64,000 nt of DNA, from NCBI RefSeq assembly GCF_964355755.1, contig NC_092676.1:11323888-11387887 (forward strand), written 5' to 3'. Below, one piece after another: positions 14,001 to 52,062 of the stretch; position 1 is the stretch's first letter, and the number at the start of each line of letters is the position of its first letter. The notes beneath the pieces are model-generated. The model saw only the letters and a list, made by a program, of their open reading frames with translations. It had not been told where the DNA came from and did not search any database. The stretch is from Antedon mediterranea (lineage: Eukaryota; Animalia; Echinodermata). Both the position numbers and the translations under genes were made by a program.

Positions 14001-14977
14001 ATTTGATTATACAGTAATAACCATTAAAAAAGTACCTTTCCTTTAACACTAAACTCAGTTGTGTTGTTGTTCGACTGTTTCAATTTTGCTTTTAGGATGT
14101 GTAGACCAACTTCCTCCATCAGTGGCGTTACTGGAGTACCAAGTGGATGGTTTAATATGTCATCTATTTGGTTCGTTTGTTGTAATTGATCACGAGGAGT
14201 GACTGGCGTTGATGTTAAGTTAGTTGGCGATGATAGATAACAGTGGTCTGGCAGGCACACATGGTCACTGATACATTTACATTTCACTACAGTACGACAT
14301 CTTTTACATACAACAGGAACAGACAGATAACATTCAGCAAAGATTGACTGAACATCGTTAATACATGAAAAATGCACAGGTACATTACATACAGAACATT
14401 GGACAGTATCACAATCCATATACAACGGTTGAATACAGGACTTGCACATAACGTGATGGCAAGATGTAACCACAGGAAAAGACGAAACAAGTTTACAAAT
14501 ACCACATTTAAAATTATCAAGTGAACTTGAAACATGAAAGGAGCCAGAAATTGGCTGAAGAAACGGAGGATTTAAGTTTTTAAAATGGGTTTCCACTGCA
14601 ACGGTAGTTTCATGTTTTATTTTATAGCTTTCAGTTGCTAAACCTCTTTTCTTCTTCTTCGGTCTACCGCCACTTTTCTGTGTCTCAAATTGGGCACATG
14701 TACTACAGTCGCCTGTTCTATGATGGGGTTGCCACTGGGTTACATTGCATGGTTTGTTTTTTTGCAAATAACCCATGCACAGCAGACAGAAATACTTGGG
14801 GTGAACACCCTCAATATCTTGCAAAATGTTGATGTTTAAAGCAGTTGAAAATTGTGGTTGAAAGTTGGAACAAGCAAACCGCCTGATTTCCTTGGCTCCT
14901 TGTCTGGAGGCATAAGGTTTTAGCCTGTTCCCACATATACGACACAAGTAATTTAGATTTATAACATGCTTTTCCAT
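11050..14977 (-). CDS. RAG1-like DDE transposase (Chapaev/N-RAG-TP type), 10 exons, 953 aa, apparently intact
   Basis: GT-AG exons 14977-14036, 13890-13646, 13564-13355, 13265-13020, 12914-12838, 12734-12556, 12462-12121, 12024-11869, 11769-11586 and 11330-11050 join in phase (2862 nt, no internal stop). Motifs: H-x7-CRICG...HPKYFCLLC...WQPH...CSTC; RING CGICK...CHHVMCKSC...CSVC; VKIGGDKGG (D1); FGDYEY (D2); CLWC; GLHISLG; FVGNH; KMHILEEH; GEQGGES (E). Confidence 0.88.
11356..11462. repeat. AGAC/CAGGCTAG microsatellite in the last intron of the RAG1-like gene
   Basis: Tandem AGACAGACAGGCT-like units. Confidence 0.8.
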
Positions 14978-15596
14978 ATTCAATTTTAATAAAAGAATGA
15001 CGTTTTACACAGTGAGTTGTAGGCGAGGCCTATACTAATATTAATATATTACTAGTATTATTTTGTAAAAGTACAGGAAATAGTCTTCTACATCGACCTG
15101 AAATAAAAAAAAATTAGAATAGGCTCAACATCAAGAGTGCATTTTAAGTTTTATTTGATAATAAATAAATAGTATCTTAGAATTGAATAATGACAAAAAA
15201 CTCTGAAAATTTAATTATTACAGAAATTATATGCCTTGTATATTAATTAATGTTTTTATAATGATACTTTTGGTAATTTGATATGCCTATACTAAAATCG
15301 TTTTTTATAATTGTTTTTGCTCACTAAAAATTTTGAAAATTTCACTAAGTATGTATTAGTATATTAAAATTAAACATATATTTAAAAAAAAATAAATTAT
15401 GAATTCTTACTGTAGTTATACGACTTTTAATTGTCTTTTTCGTCGGCGCGATTGTTTGTTTATCGTTGCCAAGTAACGAAACTACGAGGGTATGTTTACG
15501 CCCTCTATTGATGAGTGACGTAACCAGGAAGTATCGAATTTCAGGCTTTTGCATAGCGAGCGAACATTATATATAATGTTATACAGTTTTTTTTTT

Positions 15597-16448
15597 AAAC
15601 GTCACAAAATAAACATGAATAATTCATCAGTTAAATTTTCTTGTTCCGTGTGCACCCAAGCGTATAGCAACAAGAAGTGATTACACAAGTGCGGTACGAT
15701 TCTAGGCCTATCTCCGCTGTTGTTGCGGCGTGCGATTTCATAGAAGATAGCGGCGTTTTGTGTGGATTGTCGAAATAATCAGCCTTTAGTTTATGGTGTT
15801 TTTAATATAATTTATTACTAAAGAATTACGTGTTAAAATTATAGTTTCTATTAATACTATTAGGCCTAATTATTAGTCTCTAAACCCATCATGTCTATTC
15901 TAGTAGTAGTAGTAGCTGTGTGGGTGTGTGTGACGTGTGTGTGTTAGGTATGACCAAAGATAGTTATCTTTGGTATGACACAATCCGAGTAATAAGTCAG
16001 CAAAATTAAACAATAAACATTACACAAAAATACATTTTTTATTCTCGTGGGTCAAATCTTCCCATCTCATGTGTTCATATACGCGCATTTTTAAAGTTCC
16101 TTTGAGTACATGCATATTGTTTGATATAAAAATAGCAGAATTAAAAAAATACAGTACACAAATTATACACATTCTTTATTCTTGTGGGTCTAAGCTTTCT
16201 TTGGGCTATGTCCAATGAATTACTACTTAGTTTAATGTCTTGCCTAGCTGTCGATTAGCCTCGACTCGACACATTTTGTGTGAAGAAGAGTGTGCGAGAA
16301 GGCAATGACGTGAATTGACTTAGAATCTAGGCCTACCTGTAAAGTATCGTATCGCAGTTGTGTAATCACTTCTTGTTGCTATACGCTTGGGTGCACACGG
16401 AACAACAAATTTAACAGATGAATTATTCATGTTTATTTTGTGACGTTT
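15597..16448. mobile_element. Foldback/MITE-like segment with ~100-bp inverted repeats
   Basis: 15597-15700 (AAACGTCACAAAATAAACATGAATAATTCATC...GTGATTACACAA) is mirrored at about 16345-16448; no TSD seen. Confidence 0.65.
15948..15979. other. Probable P-superfamily excision footprint
   Basis: GTATGAC + CAAAGATAGTTATCTTTG + GTATGAC: a 7-bp direct repeat around an 18-bp palindrome matching the CAAAGAT termini of the element at 17161-21637. Confidence 0.65.
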
Positions 16449-17554
16449 CATGAGGGGTCCCCAACTTATGTACGAAAAAAAAAATCGCGTCCCAGGGCCG
16501 AATCGTCCCAGGGCCGAATCGTCCCGTTACCTATTTAAAAAAAAAATGTTCTATAGAATAATTATATATATAGAAGTTTTAGAATTCTACGTTAATCTAT
16601 TATAGAAACAGATAATTTCTATACAAATGAATTTACAGATTCTACGGGCCCTAGAGTTTTATAGAAATACTTTATAGAAAATATTGAAATTGCAGAAGAA
16701 TTGCGGTAACGCTTAAATTTATCGGCTTTATGCATTTATAAGCATAAAATAAGCATTTTCCCCCAAACTTTATTTTCAGAGAGACTGTGGGGTAGTACTA
16801 CTAGGGATAGAGATGCAATAAAGCAAACATTTTGAAAACATTGTCGAAAATGATCAAACAAGGTTTTCGAAGTAATAAATTGAATATAAAATTACGTTTT
16901 TTTAGTAATTTATTATATATATTATATCAAGATTTTCAATATCAATAAATACGGATTGTTAAAACACCTTTAAAAACTGGATAAATACCAAAAAAAATGA
17001 ATATGAATTTGGTCTAAAGTGAGACGTTTCGGCCCATAAAGTGGGACGTTTCGGCTCAAAAGCGTAAATGTGTTCAAAAAACATTATTTAATATAAAAAA
17101 TAATAATCTAATATAATACTTTAAGACCACATAAATTACAACACATATTCTTGTCAAAACCAAAGATCGTATAGCGCCACGTAGTGGCGCAAGATATGGA
17201 ACTGACGCTCAAAAAATGATAATTGCATGGGCAGCCATTCCGGCAAGCGATTTTTTTTTCCGTACGAGAGTTCCTCCATCGGTTCGTTTCGGACTCAATC
17301 GACTCTCTTCGGTATTCGGTAAAGTCAGCTCACTGATGCGTGACAACATAATACAATTTACATTTACAAACCGCGAGCTAACTTTCACACAGGCTCTCAT
17401 AATAGTAAAATGAATCTACACTAATACGAGTTTTGATGACATTAATTAATAAATACTAGGCCTACTTAGTAATTACATTAAGAACCCAATAGCATATTGA
17501 AGATATTTAGGTCTACGACCCAATAGTAGGTCGTATCAGATATTATTTTTTGAA

Positions 17555-17603
17555 GTTGAACCATGGAGGTATAACCATGGAGGTATAACCTCCATGGTTG
17601 AAC
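17555..17603. other. Probable P-superfamily excision footprint
   Basis: GTTGAAC + CATGGAGG...CCTCCATG (35 bp) + GTTGAAC. Confidence 0.6.
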
Positions 17604-18515
17604 GACCTTTTGTCACGAACGAGAGGCCCATTTCTTATCGTTTATGGTATTGTTTGTAGCTAGCCCATGCAGTGTATGTTTTTTATACCTTTTAAAATAA
17701 TATTATTAAATTAATATTTATATTGTAAGGTAATGGAAATTTTACGTTAAAGGTGTACGTATTAATTATCCCCAATCTTGAAAAATAAAGATTTCAGACT
17801 TTTAAAATAGGCAATTTTGGAGTTTTAATTAAGTTATAGGCCTACAACTAATATTATTGTTTATTATGTGTATATGTAATTTGGAAAATCATAAAAAATA
17901 CATGCAAAGTAAAAAACATTCAATTACGGTACTGACACGACTGCAATAGTACAAATACATTAAATAAAACACATTTTCCAGGAAGCTTATAATTATATGT
18001 GATACTATCATCTTGTCATGAAGATCGGTTTTCTGTATTCCATATTCTTGATTTTATTTTTTTTATTATGGTTTCTGAAATAAATTTTTTTTTTTAAATT
18101 GTTCATTTTAATTCGAAATTTCCACCGGCCAAGATATCAATAATTATTAAATTAACACAATATTAAACGCTTTATAAGCAAGCATGTGTTTCTATACATT
18201 ACAACTTACAAGAATACATGTTACTAATAGGCCTATAATGTATACAATTTTTCAAATGTTACACTTAAAAACCTGAAGACAATTGTAATTTTCTTGATAA
18301 AAACATCTGTTAGTGTTACTTCTGTACATATAATTCCTAACCTACTAGTACCTACTGCTGTACTTCATTATTAAAATAAAAAATAGTACTGTAGATGGAA
18401 ATGTACTACATTGAATTTGAAGCACACGTACGTAGGGCTAGGCTAGCTAGGCCTTGCTTGTGACGACCAACAAAGTGCTGCTGCTGTATGTGTGTTACTG
18501 TTTGTGAATCTGATG

Positions 18516-19306
18516 CAGGCCCGTAGCCAGGGGGGTTTTTATGGTTCGGGCGAACCCCCCTTTACAGCGAACCCCCCTTAACCAACTGCGAACCCCCATC
18601 CCCGACATGCCCAATACCTCACCCTCATCTCCAAAAATCCTCCAAATACGTGCCCACCACAGTACAAAAAGTTGTTTGTAAATTGAAAAATTCGTAAACT
18701 TGTTCGTGAACCTTCTTCTCTGTATGAGCGTCAACTAGTGATACGTGTCTGTAAATTTCTAAAAGCTGCAAATGAATTGCCGATTTTAACCTAAAAAATA
18801 AATGTTTGGTCCCTGCATGTAACATGATATTGACGCGTCTCATAGCGAGCTGGCGCACGAACGATTCGTACAAAGGACACCGCCAGACAAACTGCGTACC
18901 TATAATTGTTTAGATCACTGGCAGTCAGGCAGCATGCATAAAGTATATAGCCTTCCGACGTACATCAGTATTTATGTGTGACTATGAAGTATAATGTATC
19001 ATAGAGGATTATAGTGAATATTAATATTTTACACTATAATAATATCTATGGTATCAAGTACTGTAGTTCACATTATGGCATCCGATTATTTTTTTCTAGA
19101 CCACCAGCCGATACGTACTAAAATGTATCAATATCACCTATTTACATATTTATATTCCTCAACAAATTTCTGTAAATAAATATTATAGATAGAGCTAGCA
19201 AATAGCATTTGCCTTCGCCCAGTTTGCTTTTTTCGGGGCTGCTCCTAGATATATTCAAATATTTAGTGTCCGAACCCCCCCTTGACAGATCCTGGCTACG
19301 GCCCTA
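18516..19306. mobile_element. hAT-like MITE nested in the MULE
   Basis: TIR CAGGCCCGTAGCCAGG / CCTGGCTACGGCCCTA; CGAACCCCC subterminal repeats; flanked by a 5-bp direct repeat TGATG rather than the usual 8 bp. Confidence 0.65.
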
Positions 19307-21689
19307 TGATGGTACATACATTGGTTTGTGGCTGCCTATACAGTATTATATTATTAAAATTCTAGGCCTATTATTATTATTACAATGACGTTCAGTACTA
19401 CTATTTTTACAGTGAGTATAGTATTAGCCTCTAGTATGTATAAATCTGTCACTCGTGCAAAAAACTGCTCACGTTTTGTCTTGTGGTTGCTGTCACGCAT
19501 CAGTGAGCATCGGTGGCTTACCGAAGAGTCGATTGAGTCCGAAACGAACCGATGGAGGAACTCTCGTACGGAAAAAAAAATCGCTTCCGGCAAGCGGATT
19601 ACCCAGTAGGCAATGCGGCACGCCACCAAATCAATGTAAACAAATAAGATTTACATCTACGCGATAAATAGTACGACTTTATTTTATCTTTCGCGTCAAA
19701 ATGAAAGAACATCTATATAAAATTCGATTATATAAATTTACTCCATTTGATATTACAATTACATATGCGTATATCACTGTCCAACCTCAAACGGCTACAG
19801 AATAAACACTGACTGTATGGAGGACGAATTTTGTAGGCAGTCGGTTGAGGCATAGTTATAAATAGTGTCGCGGGGCGCAGCGCGATGCTACGCACTTCAC
19901 GCCCAAGGTCGGCCGCGGTTGGCCTAGGCTGGGATGATGGCTTAGTTTATGTGCGAGAGAAGCATTTTTTGGAGATGAATTGTAATAATTGCCAAATATA
20001 TTGTCCAAAACTGTCTTTTTAATTTTTTTTTTTTAAATTGATAGGCAGGGGGATGTTCTTTCCCCTGTTTGGACCTCTCTTTCTATTTTGTGTGCTTCAG
20101 GCCTACAAATACAAAGTTCTTTCATTGCAAGGGGAATTTTACTCCGATCTGCCACAATACAACTGTAGTATACTGTACATACATTACTAGATACAAAAAC
20201 AATTGTTACATTTTTTTAATTTCAAAAAAGTAAAAGTATTAAATATTAATTTTAAAAATTCATAATCATAATTTGTTCTTTTCAACCCACTTTTATTAGC
20301 TCAACTTTCAATATTACAGACAGGATTAAAATGCAATAAAAATACTGAAAAATCTCACTTTATACAATATTAATAAATAAAGATGGAATAATTAAATACA
20401 CTCAATAAATAAATTACGAATGTATGGTTTTAGCCTTCTTAGATACAAGGAAAATTCTATTATTTTGATTTCTTGTATTACAAAAGAAGCCAATAGGCCT
20501 AAACAACAGTACTGATAATAACTGAATTCTGGTTATTTCCTTTCACTTTAAAGTATGAGGTGTGTGAAAATAGTGATTTTATTTGTAATCCCATAGGATA
20601 CTGCTCCTTTTCAAGAATCAAAAATATAAACTATTATTAGTATTACTATTAAAATATAATTGTCCATCAGTTCTGGCCTTTGTATTTAATTCTTGTGTAA
20701 AATACCACTTTGCACTCAATCATCTATCTTCTCAATTTTACAGTATGATGACAGACATATATCTTTCTGAAATAGGGAAAAATATATCATTAAATTATTT
20801 GGTCACTTTTCGAACTGTTACATAATCATTTGATTACTTATTATAGTATTTTAAAATACTATACATTTTTAAATTCAAAACAAAAGTCAATATACTATTT
20901 ATTAATATTGTAAGTATTCAAAAATGTTTACATTAATTAACTAAATATTTTTCAAATAAAGATGAAGAACAAAATAAATATGAGGATCAAATTTAAATTT
21001 AAATTTATTAAATAAAACAAACAAACAATAACATCCTCACGATTTTTTATTTCATTACATTTAATTATTTCTGTTAATGTTATTATTAATAAAACGCTAT
21101 ATTGTCTTGTACATTTTTATTAAAAACTCCTAATTCCCGAACAGCTTCAGTTTTTTCCTTAATCTTCCATCCATCCAAGCCTTGTTTGATCCATCTATCA
21201 AGACGCCAATCAATATATCATTCATCCTCCCAGACTTTTTTTTTATTAATCATACTAACTAAACTAGGCCTAGTATTCGGCATTAAATATGCCTAGGCCT
21301 ACTACTATCTAGGCCCTAAATCAGATTGCGCAGAAACGCCTGCCTGAACTAAATTTAAACAACAATTTAATAATTTTGTTAATGTTTACTAACAAAAAAA
21401 TATATATTCTAAAAACTTACCATTACAATTTACCAAATACAACACGAGAAAACTTCCCGAACAAACAATAACACGTCACACGTGGATGTGGTTCAATGGT
21501 TTATTATACACTTCCGGGGTATGTGATCGCGTAACTTGCTTGCCGGAATGGCTGCCCATGGAATTTCACTCATGCGCAGTGTATAAGAGATAGGACTTCC
21601 CTATCTTGCGCCACTTCGTGGCGCTATAGTATCTTTGGTCAAAACACAGTGAAGTTTTTTATAAAATTAAATATAATTATTGTTATCGT

Positions 21690-22057
21690 TGCGTTGCGTA
21701 TCGTTCTCACGTACGCAGCAGATAGGCTCAACACAGGCGTAGTAGTGCGTACTGCGTATAGTAGGGCATATCTGATTGGTCGATTGCAGCCGCCATCTTG
21801 TTGGTTCCCTCTCTCCATGGAGAATCACTTTTTGAACTGCTATAACATTGTTCATTGCGATCTAGCCTTCGGCTTACAGCTCACTGGTGGCTGACGATGT
21901 TCATTCTCTTCCCCACCAATTAACCACCACCAAAGATTGTATAGCGCCGCTATATAAATATAATCTTTGTTCCAACCACCAACGGCCATCATTTTTATTT
22001 GTTGTTTTGTGAAGTTTTTCTTTTTTTAGTCATTTTCGTTGGTTAAAGTGTAACATA
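21690..22057 (+). promoter_or_regulatory. MEAF6: MEAF6 proximal promoter and 5' UTR
   Basis: CpG-rich stretch directly upstream of exon 1; inverted CCAAT (CTGATTGG, ~21772); YY1-like GCCGCCATCTTG (~21789). Confidence 0.5.
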
Positions 22058-48493
<26,436 letters not shown>

Positions 48494-49033
48494 AGTTTGA
48501 ATTATGGGACAGTACATGCAGCATACATACTGTTGAAGTACTTTCTACCGCACCATTGTTAATGCGACCCTCTGTCATAGCTTATATAAGTAATGTTGAG
48601 CAGTGAATTGCCTTTTCAACAAGACTAAAAAAAGTGAGAGAATGCATTATTGTTTGATATTTAATGTGGTATATTATTATTGTTTGAACATCTTTAAAAA
48701 CAAAAGTTGATGTGGAGAACAAAAAACTGTTGCTCTGTGTAAATGCTTGTTTCTGCACACAAATATGTATTTGGGATTAAGATATGCTGGTCCTGGTTAA
48801 CAATCGCAATTCAACTAGTTAGTTCCTGGGGAATAGCCTCAGTGTGATCCATGATTGGAAATTATATAGTGCACATTATTTGCAACATCATAGCCAGTGA
48901 ACTTTCACAAATTGCATTATGATTGATACAATAACACATTACAATAGGTGAACTTCAAAATTATTATGGTATTTTAAAATCACAAGTTGTATAATAATAA
49001 TAATATAGGTGAATGAATATGAATTTTGTAACT

Positions 49034-49039
49034 AATAAA
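49034..49039 (+). terminator. MEAF6: Candidate MEAF6 polyadenylation signal
   Basis: AATAAA about 540 bp after the stop codon, followed by T/GT-rich sequence. Confidence 0.4.
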
Positions 49040-49118
49040 AACTGTCAATACAATACAGTAAACAGGTCAGTTCAATAAGTTTGTATTTATTTTTTGTAAT
49101 ATAAACAAAATACTCTTA

Positions 49119-49908
49119 CGCCCGTATTCTTAAACCGGACTTTAGTCGTAGTTCGAGCTAAAACTTTAAAAATTACGTCATTTTAATTCATAAAACTAAA
49201 TCGGCGATTAAATCAGGTCAACCTCGACTAAATCGAGACGGATTTTGATAGATTTTTTTAGTCCTTGAGGGGGCAGGATAAATCGCCGACTAAGTAGTAT
49301 TTAAACGAGGTTTATAAAAAATGTTCAGTCATTGAGTTGTTATATTGGCCAGATATTAAAGAATGAAATATCTATTTTTATATTAACTTAATTAAATATA
49401 CATTGGTATATGTTATAATAATGCAAATCATGTTTATTTACAACCGTATACAAATTACATTAATTATTTTCTTCCCGCAAGTCTGACTTAAACTGCGTCA
49501 CGCCATAGCGACAATGGGAGATGCGGAAATTCACCATGCGATGGAATGTTTAGGGGCCTAGCGCTTGTTATGGTTTCTACACATATTTTGAAGATTTTGT
49601 TTGTTGTTAATCAAAAGTACTTCACTTGTAAATTAATACTGATCTTGTTCTAATATTATAATTGACAATTACAATTATTTTTCATGTATATGTCCTGATG
49701 CGTGGAAAGTGATAACAATGCACAAAATTTCGTCTGCTCCTCAAATACTCTCTTGTTATTGGCCAATATATAGCCTTTGTTACCCAGACTAAAAGCTCGA
49801 CTTCATTAAGTCGAACTGCAAACTTCAACTACTTCTTTTATGAATCGAATTTGAAGTAATGGCTCGAACTAGGACTTTTTCAAGTTGAACTACGACTAAA
49901 GTTCGGGC
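49119..49908. mobile_element. Degenerate PIF/Harbinger-like MITE
   Basis: CCGGACTTTAGTCGTAGTTC is mirrored by GAACTACGACTAAAGTTCGG; ends eroded. Confidence 0.4.
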
Positions 49909-50235
49909 ATTATTATATAAAAAAAGTAATGTTTAAAGCATAGAGAAATAAGTTTATTATTATTACATGGTTAAAGCTATTTTAATAACTGATAATAAAC
50001 ATGTTTTTATCCTTGATTGCACTCATTGTTTATATTGTCTAGTTTCTGTTGGTGATAAACCAAAAAAGCACATGCAATTACCTCTTTCAATTCAAAGCCA
50101 TTCTCATATACATGCTTATATATGCTTATATATGTTGGAAATTTAATTACAGTATAAAATTTGGTTTAAACAAAGTGACCCTAAATATATTATAAATCAC
50201 TAGAGCACCTTTAATAGATTGCTTGGATTTATACA

Positions 50236-50269
50236 GTATAATCAGGGAGTTGTTACTCCCTGGTACAAT
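50236..50269. other. Probable P-superfamily excision footprint
   Basis: GTATAAT + CAGGGAGTTGTTACTCCCTG + GTACAAT (1 mismatch). Confidence 0.55.
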
Positions 50270-52026
50270 CTAATACAGATAAACTCTTTGGTTTTAACTA
50301 TTTTCTTTTACCTAGTTCTAATACAGTAGAATTATGATGTTTAAATGGATGCTGAATGACAATGATTAAAAGTATAAACAAGCAAAATGAATGATCACTG
50401 CAACAACCAGTCAATTTGCAGGCATCCTTGGATGTATCTATAAAACAAGCATAATATGGAATGTGGGACTATTCAGTATTCTGTACAAAAAAAAAAATTT
50501 AGATACCAAAATTTCTTTTTATCAATTTTACAAGAATTTGCATTTTTATTGTTCCTTTATTTGCATATCATAAGAATTATTAAAATCAACTAGTCTGTGA
50601 GCTGATAAAAAGGGTCAATAAAAGTTGATTATTGTAGTTAACAATTTCTATTGGCTTCATTTCATTCATTAATGGCTTCATTTAGTTGTTTTTATAATCT
50701 AAAGGTTGCAGCTTAATATTTGCTACTGTTTTTGTCAAGTTGATAAAATTGCCACATGGATACCAGTTTATAACTGCAATCAATTGGGATCTTAAAACCA
50801 TTTTAAAGATATTTCTGCTGGTAAGAAAAAAACATTGTTTTTAAACATTACTCCTGCTCATTAGAAATGAGGCCCAAATGCATTCTACAACACAAATGGA
50901 AACCAGCCGTTTGTGTGCAAGACATTTGTGTAAGTTATTTTATTGTTTTTAGGTATTCTATAGGCTTCATCTTATTTCTTTTATTTGCCAGATGATTCTT
51001 GTCACTGCCAGAATTGTTTCTTATATTATAGAGGCACCACACATTCACAACACTGAATCAACCTGAAAAGCATTGTAGAAGATACATATTACTGAATTTA
51101 TTAATTGAAAATATTAAAAAGTTAAAACTTAATTTATGAAAATATATTATTATTTTAAGAATAATATACAAGAAATATAATATCAGTGGCTGTGGTTTCT
51201 TCGAGGACACAAATGTTTGTAGGCCAGGTTTCAACGAAAAGATTGTGTGTGTGTGTTGCCACACCATTGAAAGCTTGTTTTAATGTTTAAGCTTGATTTG
51301 TATAATGTAATTGTGAATGTTTTGTTTCTGCTATCATAGAAAACAATTTTTCCATGTTCACATTTTTATATATGGAACAAATAAAGATTTAATTTGATTA
51401 TTTTGATCTGTTTAAAAACAGTTTATAGACATCACCACAAAACCTTTGATGCTGTTAAAAAACCACTTGATCGGCTCCAAAGTTTAATGTTTGTTTTTAA
51501 GTGCAATACCAAATACTATTTTATTTATTTTATTCAGTTGACAACCAACATCGATGAAACCGCCACTAACAGGTTGAATCTAAACATAATGAACTACAGT
51601 ATAATAATACATTCAAAAAAGCAACAATAACATAAACAAAGATCGGAACATTATAGAGATTTAACAATTTTACCCTTAAACTATCATAAAATAAATCAAT
51701 ATCCAAACAAGTAACAAGCAACCTATTAAATGTGTTAGGTAACCACTGAAAAATACCTCGTTTTGTGCATTAATTCCTATACTTTATATTACACCTACTT
51801 TCAATAATCCTATGTTTTTATAAAGGTATTATAAAATTCATAACAGCATTTTGTATTATAAAATCAGCTGCACAGATTAATATTTTCCACTAGTAAATTA
51901 ATGCACTTTACATACACTATTAAAACTATTAAAGGAGTATTATCAATTAACTGTTTTATACAATAATTAAATAAAACGTTACAAATGCATTATAAATTAA
52001 AAAACATACAGGTATTAAATTATACG

Positions 52027-52062
52027 GTATAACCATGGTGTATATTTCCTCCATGGTATAAC
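52027..52062. other. Probable P-superfamily excision footprint
   Basis: GTATAAC + CATGGTGTATATTTCCTCCATG + GTATAAC. Confidence 0.6.

Larger units (their letters stand above)
9448..16531. mobile_element. Inverted GGACGATTCGGCCC-repeat termini enclosing the RAG1-like gene (element identity unresolved)
   Basis: Left GATTCCAGGACGATTCGGCCCGGGACTATTCGGCCC at 9448; right GGGCCGAATCGTCCCAGGGCCGAATCGTCCCGTTACC ending at 16531; no clean TSD; related motif copies at 17020-17060. Confidence 0.45.
17247..19584. mobile_element. MULE/Mutator-like non-autonomous element nested in the P-like element
   Basis: ~100-bp TIR starting GCGATTTTTTTTTCCGTACGAGAGTTCCTCCATCGG; 9-bp TSD TTCCGGCAA at 17238-17246 and 19585-19593. 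Confidence 0.8.
17161..21637. mobile_element. P-superfamily-like non-autonomous element ending about 420 bp upstream of the MEAF6 ATG
   Basis: ~35-bp TIR CAAAGATCGTATAGCGCCACGTAGTGGCGCAAGAT / ATCTTGCGCCACTTCGTGGCGCTATAGTATCTTTG; 8-bp TSD GTCAAAAC at 17153-17160 and 21638-21645; second inverted block at 17221-17248 / 21535-21565. Confidence 0.8.

Noticed and set aside
15008-15014. RSS heptamer CACAGTG just upstream of the RAG1-like ATG (also at ~442 and 21645)
   Set aside because: At 15008 and 21645 there is no nonamer after a 12- or 23-bp spacer; none of the three has a paired inverted end; expected by chance
9975-15130. 14-bp inverted pair TGTTGAGCCTATTC / GAATAGGCTCAACA flanking the RAG1-like gene
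   Set aside because: No TSD and no extension; the right copy lies in a probable 5' UTR intron, and a 12-bp copy occurs at ~21722; not accepted as element ends
9665-15660. Candidate Chapaev ends CACAACGGATGAAAA / TTTTCTTGTTCCGTG with TGCG/TGCA flanks
   Set aside because: Only about 9/15 identity, imperfect TSD, and the right site lies in the middle of another inverted repeat
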